Positions 50,688 to 64,000 of a stretch of DNA of 64,000 bases are shown here, piece by piece (position 1 is the first letter of the stretch; each line of letters opens with the position of its first letter). The stretch covers positions 21,209,590 to 21,273,589 of the forward strand of contig NC_068984.1 of NCBI RefSeq assembly GCF_001194135.2, written 5' to 3'. Source of the stretch: Octopus bimaculoides. Its lineage: Eukaryota. The notes below the pieces were generated by a model. That model had not been told where the DNA came from. It worked only from the letters and a program-made list of their open reading frames with translations, and ran no database searches. The translations under genes were made by a program, and so were the position numbers.

Positions 50688-51755
50688 TACAGGGAATGAG
50701 ATGGAAATCAAAGGTACATGGTGGTGGTTATAGTGAGGGACAAAGGTGGGTGGGTTAGCTGTTGACAAATGTGAAAGGTGGTTGAGAGTGGAAGCAGATA
50801 TATATAAGGTATGGCAGCATATAAGTGTGTGTGCGTGCATGCACATGCGTGAGTGTACATGTATGTGTGTGTGTGTGTGTGAGTGTGTGTGCGTGCTTAT
50901 GCGTGTGTGTACACGTGTATATTTATACATTTCTGCTTCTGAAAAATCATTGGCTGTAAGCAAGTGACATCATTGTCATTTCCCTGACTACGCTTTCAAA
51001 GTTGAGTGCAATAAGAGAACCTTTACTCGAAAAACAGGTTAAGGTCGACTTCAACAATATATTCATCTAACTCATGCTAACTTGGAAAAACACACGTAAA
51101 AATAAAAAGAAACAAACAAAACAAACAAAAGAATAAATAATGTTGGATGTGGGTGAATATATCAATTATTTCTTTAATTACCATTGTGTGCATATGTGAG
51201 AAAGATCACGGTTGTGTGCATAAGCAGTTTCAGATCCAGTGCTTCTGTGCAGTAATTTGGATAAGTCTTCAACCATGAAATATGAAAGATATATACTGAT
51301 GATGATAGTGATGGCGATGATAGATACTACTAGTGGAAGCCTGTCAGAGTTACTAGAGTTATCGTTCCTGTCCTTTGAGGCAGTCGTAACCCATCACCTA
51401 ATTCACTACAACCATCTAGGGCTTGGGCGCGCCTCCAGTGGGGTTCATTCTACTGGATACATGCAAAGTGGGTATCCAGTCTACTCTGGGATAGCCTCCT
51501 TCCTTCCTTCCTTACAGCATTCTCAGAGGACACGAAAAAGGTCATGGGCATTGCCCTTCCTCTTTAAACTAAAAGGATAAATTTTTTTATTTCTTCAAAT
51601 GTGTATATGTGTATTTACGTACACCTTTGGCTGTACATATATGCGTATGTATATATGTGTATATGAGTATATATACACATACACACACACATGTATCCTG
51701 TACACAAACACATACATACACACAAATACCAGTATAATATCAGCAAGATAAGCAT

Positions 51756-51990
51756 AAAAGGCGGCGAGCTGGCAGAAACGTTAGCACACCGGGCGAAATG
51801 CTTAACGGTATTTCGTCTGCCGCTACGTTCTGAGTTCAAATTCCACCGAGGTCGACTTTGCCTTTCATCCTTTTGGGGTCGATTAAATAAGTACCAGTTA
51901 TGCACTGGGGTCGATATAATCGACTTAATCTGTTTGTCTGTCCTTGTTTGTCCCCTCTGTGTGTAGCCCCTTGTGGGCAGTAAAGAAATA
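51756..51990 (+). mobile_element. SINE family A, young full-length copy with an 11-bp target-site duplication
   Basis: aagataagcat occurs at 51745-51755 and again at 51990-52000. A and B boxes are intact. Confidence 0.9.
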
Positions 51991-53218
51991 AGATAAGCAT
52001 TTAAAGCATTGAAAAATCAAATATAAACACTAGAAAGTGGTGGTGATGAGAACTAATGTGATGTTAATAAGTCCAAAGCAGTTAAGTTGTTGTGTGGAAG
52101 GAGTATATCTGACAATATTTACCAGAGTAACAAGACGGTGAGCTGGCAGAAATGCTTAACAGTATTTTGTCTGTCTTTACGTTCTGAGTTCAAATTCTGC
52201 CAAGGTCGACTTTGCCTTTCATCCTTTCAGGGTCGATAAATTAAGTACCAGTTACGTACTGGGGGTCAATCTAATTAACTGCACCCCCTCCCCCCAAATT
52301 TCAGGCCTTGTGTGTAGAGTAGAAAAGAATATTTACCAGAGTAACATATACAAACCAAGATACATAGATATGTATATAGTCTCTCAGTTTTCAACAGGCA
52401 CCACCATCAAGGGTCTTTTTAACTGTTTATCAATTTGACCTCATTTATTTCAGTCTGACTGGCATGAATCTTAAAGGGCAGTAACTCCAAATAACAACTG
52501 AACCAGACCTCGATGACCTGTTCACTCTATGGCAACATGGAAAGCCAATATAAAATAATAATGCATACATATAGATTATGGAGAAGCCTCAACGACAGTA
52601 TAAAATCAACAAGACTGAACATGCAGAGAATTAGTCATGTATAAAGTTAAGAGACATTTACTACATGCATGTAAGGTGTTTGTGCGTAGGTAGACAGTGT
52701 AGAGAGACAGGGGTAGGAGCTATGTAGACTTTCAGTTAATTGATTGTTGTTGATCAAACAGATCTATGATCAAAAAGCATTCCAGGCCTGATCATCCCCT
52801 ACTTTTCACACATGCGTGCGTGTGTGTGTGTACGGAGAAAGAAAGAGAGAGGAAAAGAAAACTAAAGATGAGAGATTGTTTATATGCTATTTAGTGACAT
52901 TATCTTGAGTATGTTTCATTAAAACAAGGTGATTATTTGTTATGTTATGTAAATTAGATAATGAAGACACTGGCAAATCATCAGAGATGTGTAGTTTCCT
53001 TACATAACATAATTGGACTATTGAAATGTTGGCAGAATTAACCATCATGGTTGTGTGGTTGAGGTATTTGCTCAACAAGCATGTAGTAGTGAGATCAATA
53101 CTACTCTGTGGCATCTTGGGTTTGTGCCATCTAAGATCGCTGAAGGCTGACCAATGCCTTGTCAGTGAATTTGGTCAAAACTTGTGGCAACCCATGTGTG
53201 AGTGTAGATACATGCACA

Positions 53219-53254
<36 letters not shown>

Positions 53255-55456
53255 TCTGTATATATCTACATATTTACTATATATATCATCATCATTATTT
53301 AATGTCCGTTTTCTATGTTGGCATGGGTTGGATGGTTTGACTGAAAACTGGTAAGTTGCACCAGGTTCCGATCTGATTTGACAAGGTTTCTATGGCTGGA
53401 TGCCCTTCCTGATACCAACCATTCCAAGAGTGCAGAGGGTGCTTTTTACATGTCACTGGCATGGGTGCCATTGACCTGACACCAGCATCAGCCATGACTA
53501 GGGTCTCACTTGGGCCCCTTTTCTGGTGGCATGAAAAAGCACCCACTACACTCTTGGAGTGGTTGTTAACAGGAGCCAGTGAAGTAGAGGGTTATATCAT
53601 GTTCCATTGTCTGCTTTGGCATGGTTTTTAATGCTGGATGCCCTCCATAATATCAACAACTTTACAAGGAGCACTGGCAGCTTTTTTCATGGCATCAATA
53701 ACAGTGAGGTCACCAAAAAATTCAGAAGTCAAGATCACTCAATTGAGTAGGGAAATTGTACTGAGGGAATGGCTTTGTCCCAAGTGATGGGAGGTTAAAA
53801 TATGATAGAGGGACAAAAACAGCTACCTTGGCTATCCCAGTTAGAAAAAGTGAGAGAGAGAGAGATACAAAAGTTGGTGATGAAGATGTGTCAGGATGTT
53901 CCTCAAGTCACAGGGAGGTGGATGTTAGTGAAGTAGAACAGTGGATTAGACAGGGTATGTAAGTATATTTGGGAGTGTGCCAAAGGTGAGTATGAGACAG
54001 AAAGAACATTTCAGATCTAATTTATGTTGTATCATCATCATCATCATTTAATGTCCGCTTTCCAGGCTGGCATGAGTTGGATGGTTTGACTGAGGACTGG
54101 CAAGCCAGGAGGCTGCACCAGGCTCCAATCTGATCTGGCAAGGTTTCTAAAGCTGGATGCCCTTCTTAATGCCAACCACTCTGGGAGTGTAGTGGGTGCG
54201 TTTTACATGCCACCGACATGGGGGCCAGTCAGGCAACATTGAATGGTGCTTTTTATGTGCCACCAGCACAGGTGCCAGTCAGGCGGCACTGGCATCGACC
54301 ACGCTTGAATGGTGCCTTTTATGTGGCACTGGCATTGATTATGCTCAAATGATGCTTTTTACATACCATATATATTGTTTAATTAATTCTCAAGCATTTA
54401 AAGCAGTCATGTCTGGCCCAAAATATTCTACCTGTTTTATGCTCAAACTGACTAGATTCAACCTTTCACACCTACCCTATAATGTCATTCTAAAAATAAA
54501 CATAACTTTGAAATTTTGAAGCTATGAGATAATGCATGATTAATTCAAAACAATGGTAATAAATAAGCATTACATTTGACAGTAATCTGAATGCGAAAGG
54601 GTTAATAATGAGCTGTTAAATGCACAAATATCCAAATTAGACTATCCACTAATTTGCCAGCCTAATTTATGACTGGTTTATTAAGCTACTGGTGATGAAG
54701 CCAAGTACTTCTCTGAAGAGCAGTCAACAAATCGGGAAACAGTCCATCAAGAGAAGCCCAGGTTTTGTCAGTATATAAATAGTATAGAATAGAATTTGAT
54801 TTATGGTGTGTTGTATGTGTATATGTATGTGTTTTTGCATTTGTCTCTCACAGCTCGAAATTTGTTATCGGTTTGTTTGTGGCCCCCATAACCAAACAGT
54901 TCAAAAAAGAGAATGATGGAATAATTATCAGACTTCAAATAAGTACCAGGGTTGATATCACAACAAAACCCATCCAGGAAGTACCCCAGTATAGCTGCAG
55001 TCCAATGACAGACAAATAAAGAATAAATAAATACATGTGAGAGTGAGTGAGAGAGTCTGTCCTTCACCTTTTTTTTTTTTAAAGAAGGTAGGGCAAGTAA
55101 TTAGACAAAGGTCTAACTGTTATTTCTAGCATCTCCAGCCATCACATAGATACTCCCTCATTGGCTACAGAAGTTCCAAGTTCCTGGTGCAATGAGGTAA
55201 CTCTAGTGAGTAATACAGTGAGCAGCAAAGGAGTAGTCAATGAGTAATAAGAGGAAAAGCACTCAGTAGTCAAGGAGTAGGTAGCGTGTAGACGGATGCT
55301 GTCAGTGAACTAGTGAAAATTCAACCAATTAGGGGGAGGGAGAGAGATTTACCTCCTGAATAGGATCCTGTGATGTGAGGGCAATAGGTCATAAGAGACC
55401 AGCAAGTTTACACCTTACCACAAAAATGTATGAGAGAGAGAGCCATGTATGGATTA

Positions 55457-55865
55457 GGCGCAGGAGTGGCTGTGTGGTAAGTAGCTTGCTTACCAACCAC
55501 ATGGTTCCGGGTTCAGTCCCACTGCATGGCACCTTGGGCAAATGTCTTCTATTATAGCCTTGGGCCAACCAAAGCCTTGTGAGTGGATTTGGTAGACGGA
55601 AACTGAAAGAAGCCCGTCGTATATATGTACATATATATATGTGTGTGTGTATTTGTGTGTCTGTGTTTGTCCCTCTAGCATTGTTTGACAACCGATGCTG
55701 GTGTGTTTATGTCCCCGTCACTTAGCGGTTCGGCAAAAAGAGACCAATAGAATAAGTACTAGGCTTACAAAGAATAAGTCCTGGGGTCGATTTGCTCGAC
55801 TAAAGGTGGTGCTCCAGCATGGCCGCAGTCAAATGACTGAAACATGTAAAGAGAGTAAAGAGTAT
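55457..55865 (+). mobile_element. CORE-type tRNA SINE family C, full length; a second copy follows at about 55890-56205
   Basis: tRNA head GGCGCAGGAGTGGCTGTGTGGTAAG...GGTTCAGTCCC, CORE-like GCACCTTGGGCAAATGTC, internal microsatellite, tail GGCCGCAGTCAAATGACTGAAAC. Confidence 0.85.
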
Positions 55866-56203
55866 TTGCTTCTTTGGGTCCATTGCACAGCACCCCTTAA
55901 GCAAGTGTCTTCTACTATAGCAGTGGAACGGGCAAAGCCTTGTGAGTTGAATTGGTAGACGGAAAGTGAAAGAAGCCCACCGTATATTATGTGTGGGCGT
56001 GCGCGTGCATACATCTATGCGCGATTCTTTGTATTTGTCTCCAACCACTGTTGGTTTGTTTACCTACCTGTAATTTAGCGGTTCAGCAAAACAGAGGTAT
56101 GAAATAAGAACTAGGTTAAAAAGTAAACACAGGGGGTCAACTTATTTGACTAATCCCATCAACACGGTACACCAGCATGGCCGCAGTCCAATGACTGAAA
56201 CAA

Positions 56204-56239
<36 letters not shown>

Positions 56240-56399
56240 CTGTAAATAAAAATAGTATTTTAAAAGCTGATAGATAAATATATATATATGCATACATACA
56301 CACACACAAAGACAGACAAGCCATAAATACAACCATGTATACATTTGAGTGTGTACATGTATTTGTATATAGAAAGAGAGAGAGAGAGAGAGTAAAACG

Positions 56400-59300
56400 A
56401 GTGAGAAAGTGTGTTGCCAGCTGGATAGCCAATACACGTATAATAAACCTATGGGCTTAACAAAAGGACGTAAAGCAGGAAATATTGTAACAGAAGTGTT
56501 CGCACACACACACACACACACACACTCAGACCCATGTAGATATAACAGCACTTAATATATGTACAAAGAGATATATGCATACAAGATACCATACAAATAT
56601 TATGCATACATATGCGTGTATGGATATAATAGACACGTACGCAGCACACATTTATACAGAGAGAGAGAGAGGGGGGATGGTGGAAAAACATACACGCAGG
56701 TAGATAGACATGCATCGATGAAAATTTTAAAAATGCATATACAGTCTGTGTGCGTGTGTGTATCAGGTTACATGACTGTGTGTGTATCAAAAATCACAAG
56801 GCTATGTATGTGTGTGAGCATGTATATTGTCAGACAGGAACTTTTTAAGTTACTACCTGTGAAACGTTCGCATAACCATATATACATTCGTACGTAGACG
56901 TGTGTGGAGCAAACTGAATAGACACTGTCAAACACTTGCATACACAAACACTGTCTTGTGACTTGATACAAACATAAATAGGTTTTACATATACAATGTC
57001 AGCATGTAAAACACACAGCAAACAAAATAAAGTATTATATACGCATATGTGGAGCGGTCTCTACATACGTATGAGAATTCATTTTTGCATAACTGTTCAC
57101 ATCACCTAATGCGTACACACACAAACAAATAAAAAAGCACATTTACACACACATTAAATCAAATGTACCTTAAGTCTTGTGACTTTTTAACCAACTTATT
57201 GCTACACAGAAAAGAGAAATATATCATAGATCACACATATACACATGCCTAGACAGGTATCAGAGACGAAGGTATACATACGCATTACAAGGTATTCTAA
57301 CCGTGGTAATATAAATTGAAATACACGTATAGACACTAAGAACAGACAACTAAAACGTGCGCGCACGCGCACAAACACACGCACATACACACACACACAT
57401 ACAGATGAACCAAAATATTTCAAGAGCACTTGTTTGGCAAGTGACTTTGATAAGAGCGCGTTAAAACAAACATCGCAGTTGAATTGTTTTAGCTGTTTAA
57501 AAACATACAAATTATCAAGCGCAAAACTACAGATTAATGCACCTTGCTCCCATTAACTTATTTCATCCTGAGTTTCTGGAAAATACACATTTTTGAAGAT
57601 GAAAATTTGCAAACAGGTTTTCAACGGTGTAGATTCCGATTGTGGTAGTAATACAGAGAAAATTTTAAAAAGGCCTTTCTTTTTTTTGTCTTTGCACACC
57701 AGTTCCGAATCGTTCTTCTGCCTTCTCCAGACGTTTTATAGAAAGTCAATAAAATGCATATTTTAAATGGCATTGTGCAGAAATACTGGAGAGTGTAGAT
57801 TACCTAAAGCTAATATTTCAAACATAAAAATAAGAAAGAAAAAAAAAGGCGGGGCGGGTGAATAATGCTAAAGTTAATAATCTTAAGTACACCCTCAGAA
57901 ATGTAAAATTACGAGGAAACAAAGTCAGGGATGGGACGCCAAACTAGAGTTATGTTCTGTTATGTTTACTTTTCTTATGATGTGTTAGAAAGTTTCTTTA
58001 TCCAACTCCATGACTTGGTTACTGAAAATTCTGTTGCAAGAAGAGGTACAACTGAATGAAATAACGATATACAATTATGCACACGAGCAACGCAAAATTC
58101 CCTTATATCAGTGGTTCCCAACCTGTGGTCCGCAAAGGTTGTACTGGGGGGTCCGTACACTAAATTCAAAATTGCATAATATATAAGGATAAGCATATTA
58201 AAAGGGATCAGTGGGAAAACTCATTTAAAAGGGGTCATTGGTAGTGAAAAAGTTGGGAACAACTGCCTGATATCACACCTCGTCGAAAGAGAGACAGACA
58301 GTATGTCGGATAATGAGCACGTATCGGGTGGGTGGCTTTCTTCATAAGGCTGACCTGGGTTCTAATTAAAACAACATCAACGATAATTTTACACAGATAG
58401 GCAGGCAACACAATCACAAATAGACAGACAGGTAGGTAAATGGAGCGACAGAGATATACATTTTCTTCTCTACGATAATTTAGAAAGAAAATATTATAAA
58501 AGGTTAAAGAAATATTTACCAACAACAAAAACATGCACAGCCAGATGTGGTAATAACCCCAACACCAACAATCCGTTTTATCTCACTAATTTTCACCTTT
58601 TACTTTGTGAAAACTTCAAGATAATACTCTCTCGCCCCTCCCTCTAATATACAAAGATTATCATTTATCAACTACGACCCTCCCTCATTTCTACCTCTTC
58701 CACTCTAAAATTTAACACGCCGGTCTCTCGTTCTCACCTTGTCTCTTTCTTAAGTGAGAGCGAGAGAATGCCGCGTTATATATTTCTCAAGTATTGTTTT
58801 TGCTGTTATACCCAGCACATGTACACATGCGCGCGTGCGTGTGTACACGCGCACGCACGCACACACACACACACACACACATACAGGCAAATAAAAATAA
58901 ACGTCAAAAGGAAGAACGTACACCTTAAATGTATTAGTTTGATGCTCGTTTTAAGATGAAAAAAAGAGGAGTGTATAACATTTTGAACATGGTTCATTAT
59001 CAGAAAGAGGAAAGTTGGAGGGAGAAGTACGAAAATGTCCAAGAAAAGCACGTGTGTATGTATACATGTGCATGCATGTATACATAGTGATTATATGTGT
59101 GTTTGTTTATAAACACACATGTAACCACTTAACCGCAGTATCTAGATAGTATTTATAAAAGTTCACTTAGCAAACGTTAGGTTTGGTGTTCAAAGTCTTT
59201 CACTAGTTTTGTCATACACTGCTGGTTTCTGCACGAAGATAACATTAAAGATAAAAGCTTCTGTGAAATACTGAACCGCTTACACTATACTGGAAGAAAA
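56400..59300. promoter_or_regulatory. CpG-retaining block, probable promoter region of FRMD8 (possibly bidirectional)
   Basis: By-eye count of roughly 25 CpG in 57-58 kb versus about 3 in 20-21 kb and about 5 in 61-62 kb. A GC box GGGGCGGG lies at 57851-57858. The block is upstream of the 5'-most FRMD8 exon found. Confidence 0.55.
58109..58265. mobile_element. hAT MITE, 157 bp, with an 8-bp TSD
   Basis: TIRs CAGTGGTTCCCAACCT and AAGTTGGGAACAACTG. TSD ccttatat (58101-58108) versus cctgatat (58266-58273). Confidence 0.8.
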
Positions 59301-59559
59301 AGCAGAGACCAGTCGAGCAACTGGAATATCCAACATTAAAACCAACAGAGATTCATTTACCGTGTGTCCATACATGTATATGCATTTTTGTAAGAGAGAG
59401 AGAGAGAGAGTATGAGCTCATGTCAGCCACCAGGCAAAACCCCAGTAAATTGTCATTTGTTTTGATATAATAACCATCTAACACCACAACACCATCTATT
59501 GAGTTCTATATCAATTAATATTTGTATTATATAATATGTGACATATGTTGCTACATGTT

Positions 59560-59682
59560 TTACAGTTCTTGTATGTATGTATATATATATATGTGTATAT
59601 ATAGACATGCATACAAACTTATAAATACATATGGACACACATATATATAAATATAAATACACATACAAACAAACACACATGC

Positions 59683-59719
<37 letters not shown>

Positions 59720-60160
59720 TGCATATATACCTACACACACATCTACATATGTATATGTACATATATGCATATATACACATAGATGTGTGTATATACATAA
59801 GTATGTGTGTGTATCCAAAACATTCACAAATGCATAGTCAGGTGTTTTATTAAATATAAGTTGAATGAAAATTGCCAGATTGTAATATCATATATATGTG
59901 TGTGTGTGTGTGTATAGCAATGACATTTAATGAACATTTTTTCATATACCATAGTCTACATAGCTCACTGCACCTAAGATATCTTGCATCTGCATATCAT
60001 GTGAATGCATATACATATGTGTGTGTATGTAAGTGTGTTTGTGTGTAAACATATATATACAAACACACACACAAAGATATATACATCACATTTACTTACA
60101 TATACAGAACACATATACATATATACATACATGTATAGGTATATATGCACATGCATCTAT
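59560..60160. repeat. Compound TA/CA/TG low-complexity tract
   Basis: Directly visible. It accounts for several spurious ORFs. Confidence 0.9.
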
Positions 60161-61873
60161 CCACATATATCAGTCACCATTTTTATGTTTGTTTTTTTTT
60201 AAGATGGCATAAGCTAGGCAAGACTTCTTGAGGCAGTAGGTATTTCACTAGAGACAGTGCCATATAAAAAGCACTCGATGAAATTTGTAAAGTGGTTGGC
60301 ATTAGGAAGGCATCTAGCCATAGAAGCCATATCAAAGCAGACATTGGTGCTTGATGCAGTCCAACCCATACCACCATGAAAAATGGATGTTAAATGATAG
60401 TGATACACACTATATAAAGTATACATATACACACACACACATAGATACACATATCACCAATATTTGTATACTTGCATATATATTTATCTACCAGTCTATA
60501 TATGTACATATAAGATGCAAAACCCATGCCCTAAGCAATGAAGCAGCTCCAAAAGGTTAATTTTACTTTCTAAGGACAGAGCTAAACTAATAGATGGCAC
60601 CCTAAACCATCAACAAATAAAGCCCTTTCTTCACACTTTTAACAGTCAATCACACGAATATTACTCAATATATAACCTTTCTGTTATGAAGTGAAATAAA
60701 TATTTTTTGTGCCTTAACTTTGTTTCTGCTATTCCACTGCTTTACATTATATTTAATATATATATCTTTATAATATACAGTATTGTAGATTGTTTTTCAG
60801 CTGATCTTATGAATTGGTTTCACACATAGATTAGGCAATTAGGTGATTACCTAAGACTACACTAGTTAGAAATATGGCAAAGTCTCCCCACTACTGGAAG
60901 CAAGTGTCACATCCAGTTTGTGGTTGCTGTGAAACATGGAACAATCCCTGGGAAAAGATAAGAGGGGTATGCCTCCCCCACACCAACGCCTGAGTGCCTA
61001 CTGCAAGCAAAGTAGGATTTTGATGCAGGCAGTGCAGAGTTGAGATGTGTGTGTGTGTGTGTGTGTGTATGGGGGGGGGTTGAAGGTGTGGATGGGGCAG
61101 GCACCAATCCTAAGCCCATGAGTAGAAGAATACATACATGTGTGTTTAAGAGTGTATGTCTGAGTGTGGACAACTAATGGTGAAAATCCAAACGTTTATA
61201 ATCATTGTGCCCATAGGTAACCAGTCACATACTTCCTTTCATGAGGGCATGAGCAGAAAACATTGCTCTTGTGAGTTTATGTAGATATCCACAGGAAGAG
61301 AATTCTTAAGTTATTTTATTGGCCAGGCATAGCCTGGTCCTTCTGACGCTCACACTTCTCCAGTACACTCCACTTGATTTAGTAATCCATAGTTCTTTCC
61401 CTCAACAATCATACATGACTAACCAAAGCTGTGACATTATGCCTTTCCTGGAGATTAAAGGAAGACTTATGGTTGTTAAGTCTGATCTTGGAAGAGCATT
61501 CTCTTACACCCACATACTTCTGCACATCTGTTTTCTGCATGTTCACTGGGATCCTTTGACACTTTCTGTGTTGCACTAGCCATTAAGGGGACATGTTGCA
61601 TCGCCTCTACATCTGGCCTCAGTCTCAAGTGTGAGCTGACTTACAAATATTTTCCTTATATGAAGTACACAGCTAAAGGAAACTCAAAGAGTGTCTATTT
61701 GTTTGCAGAAAGTGTTTAACAACACTAAATTCTCCTTTAATTTCCAGTAGATTACCTAATTTGTGTGCAAGACCAATTGATAAAATTGCTGAAATGAACC
61801 TATACTATAAAGATTAATGCACCCATTCTATTGACAAATATACAAGTGCCTGTTTTACTGACTTACAGATTTT

Positions 61874-62188
<315 letters not shown>

Positions 62189-63009
62189 ATATATACACAC
62201 ACACACACACATACAGATATGAATATACCTACACATACATATATGTACACAAACAAATACATAGACACACATGCATACACACATATCCACAATCATCTGA
62301 TAATGCTTGATAAGTAATATCGAAAAATACATTGCATTCAATACAGAGATATAGAGTAATGAATTTGCATTTCTAAAACAAGACAAGTTTCATTACAATA
62401 AAATAATTTTCACACAGAAGAAAGCAGTTTTTTACAGTGGATGGCTGAAAATTGATGATAGCTATATCAACATGTGCAGCTGTTTCCTATGAATATGTCT
62501 GGTGCTTCCTGCTCTCTCCCTCTTACCACGACCCTACCCAATCCTATCTGCTGCATTTTATAAAGACAAATACTATATGCTAAACATCAAGTACAGTTAG
62601 CAAGGTGAGAAGTAAAAAATAAAAAGATTGCCATTATTCTACAGCACAAAGATCACGAGGTGTTCCCATTTCCAAGACAATGTTCTAGAAAGAATGTATT
62701 GAAGAGATTGGTGATATGGCTAGGGAGAAATGTGTACAGAATGAAACTCTTACTGATGCTGGAAAGAAAGGTCATTGTTAGATGAATTTGCTAATGGACA
62801 AGTATGCATAAAAGAGAGAAGATTGACCTCGTGTAGACTCAAGAGAGGAACTAGCAATTCAAGTATGATTCCATGTGCAATTATGGATATGAAGGCAAAA
62901 GAGGCAGATGGTTCATCAAGAAAAGTCACTGAGATGGTTAAAATATCTGGTGGAGTATATCACATGCTAGCTGATCAAGATAATTCAAGAAGGTATCATA
63001 CCCAATGAC

Positions 63010-63290
63010 TGGCACAGCAGCACCAATGTCGACAGCTGTAAGAGCAAAAGAGATGCAACAGAGAGAAACAATTACAGACACATAAAACTGTCAAACAGGT
63101 CATGAATATTTTGGAAACAGCGCTAGCACAGCTGATTAAAAAGAGAATTAGCTTATATAGATGTAGTTCAGGTTTGTGCCAAGAGGAGAAACACCTGATG
63201 CCATCTTCCTAGAAAGACAACTGCAAGAGAAGTACTGAGCAAGGAGAAACCCTTATAACTGGCATTTGTTAGCCCTTTGACAGGATTCCA
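63010..63290 (+). mobile_element. LINE reverse-transcriptase remnant (RTE-like)
   Basis: Broken frames give RNNYRHIKL..QVMNILE..AQLIKKRI..FRFVP..DAIFLERQLQEKY*, matching NYRGIKL..QFGFVP..DAIF..RQLQEKY. Confidence 0.75.
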
Positions 63291-63326
63291 ACACTAATCC
63301 TTCAGCTGATGAGAGAATGTCTACAT

Positions 63327-63641
63327 CAGGCCTGACCAACTCAAATTACATTGTGGACCACTTTAATCACACAAAGTCTTTTGAGGGCCGCTCGTATACT
63401 GACAGAATTGAAAGCATTTTGCTTTCTCATGCTATTATTACAATAATGAATGAATTATCGCTGATTTGACATGAAATATCTTTGTTGCAAAAACAGTAGT
63501 ATCTTTCTTTTTTACTTTTCATTCTTTAATTTTTGATAAAATTTTTAAAATGTTTGTTTAAATAAACCAATTTCAAGAAAGTATCAAGATGAAAGTCTGT
63601 GGACCACATGCTGCCTGCAGGCCTTAGGTTGGCCAGCCCTG
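63327..63641. mobile_element. hAT MITE, 315 bp, with an 8-bp TSD
   Basis: TIRs CAGGCCTGACCAACT and AGGTTGGCCAGCCCTG. TSD gtctacat versus atctacat. Confidence 0.78.
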
Positions 63642-63649
63642 ATCTACAT

Positions 63650-63850
63650 GGTCGTTCAATCATTCTAGAAAAAGCAACCAGATCTGCTTTAAATCACACT
63701 CTAAGCATTTTAAAATAAAGGACAAATTGTATAATGCAATCCTTGGTAGATTATAACTGAATAAAAGATAGGCTGGCATGGCTGGGATATCTTTGACACA
63801 AGGTCTGATGGATCAGAGCTGTGCCAGGATAAACAACAAAAACAACAACT
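63650..63850 (+). mobile_element. Old (AAC)n-tailed interspersed repeat family E. Other copies at about 620-730, 1740-2000, 13030-13240, 13870-14010, 20230-20400, 21200-21350, 25940-26100, 37300-37450
   Basis: Recurrent motifs gatttggctgctatttctagcag and gagcagacctatgatcaaag in diverged copies. Confidence 0.65.
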
Positions 63851-64000
63851 AAGTCATCTTAACACAGAGAGAAACAGAGAATAGAAATAGATTGAAAGAA
63901 ATTTTCAGCTTTAGGCTGCTAAGTCACTCACATTTTATTCATGTGAAGCTTTCTATAATAAATTCACTCAGTTTGTTTTAGAATGCTTGAAATATTGGAA

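Noticed and set aside
51239-51580. 113-aa + strand ORF as a gene
   Set aside because: No recognisable domain or splice support, and it is antisense within an intron.
63301-63345. Hammerhead ribozyme at ctgatgag
   Set aside because: No stem II or GAAA follows, and the sequence runs into a hAT TSD and TIR.

Overview
Eukaryotic, AT-rich, repeat-dense genomic DNA. The SINE families point to Octopus (inference from recalled repeat sequences, not a database search). The one supportable gene is a minus-strand, multi-exon FERM-domain gene matching FRMD8/iTAP (Drosophila Bili). I traced 11 coding exons from 44731 down to 19929, all with GT-AG sites and consistent phases, giving about 406-409 aa from the ATG at 44702: MAILGGPLQASSGPK(DVL)ELCIYLRDQTVIPLKV...LWLVSPSLELRLKKNHRPYYLVQQW...LQRNVFY...LLYHEAQYNVLEGRY...WNTPFYGSAYF...LLEINSRQAKLMNALID...KRLSLDTYTVAGERLS*. 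Its first exon was not located and probably lies in the CpG-rich block at about 56.4-59.3 kb. The rest is several tRNA-derived SINE families, RTE-type LINE fragments, decayed DNA transposons (Chapaev3-like, mariner, maT/DD37D, hAT MITEs, a Helitron) and microsatellites. There are N gaps at 6141-6246 and 19901-19910. I found no clearly new biological system. The best leads are an 89/91-nt inverted SINE pair around an in-frame 63-nt exon, sharp CpG-depletion domains, and degenerate hammerhead-like repeats. Repeat boundaries are approximate; exon boundaries were counted base by base.
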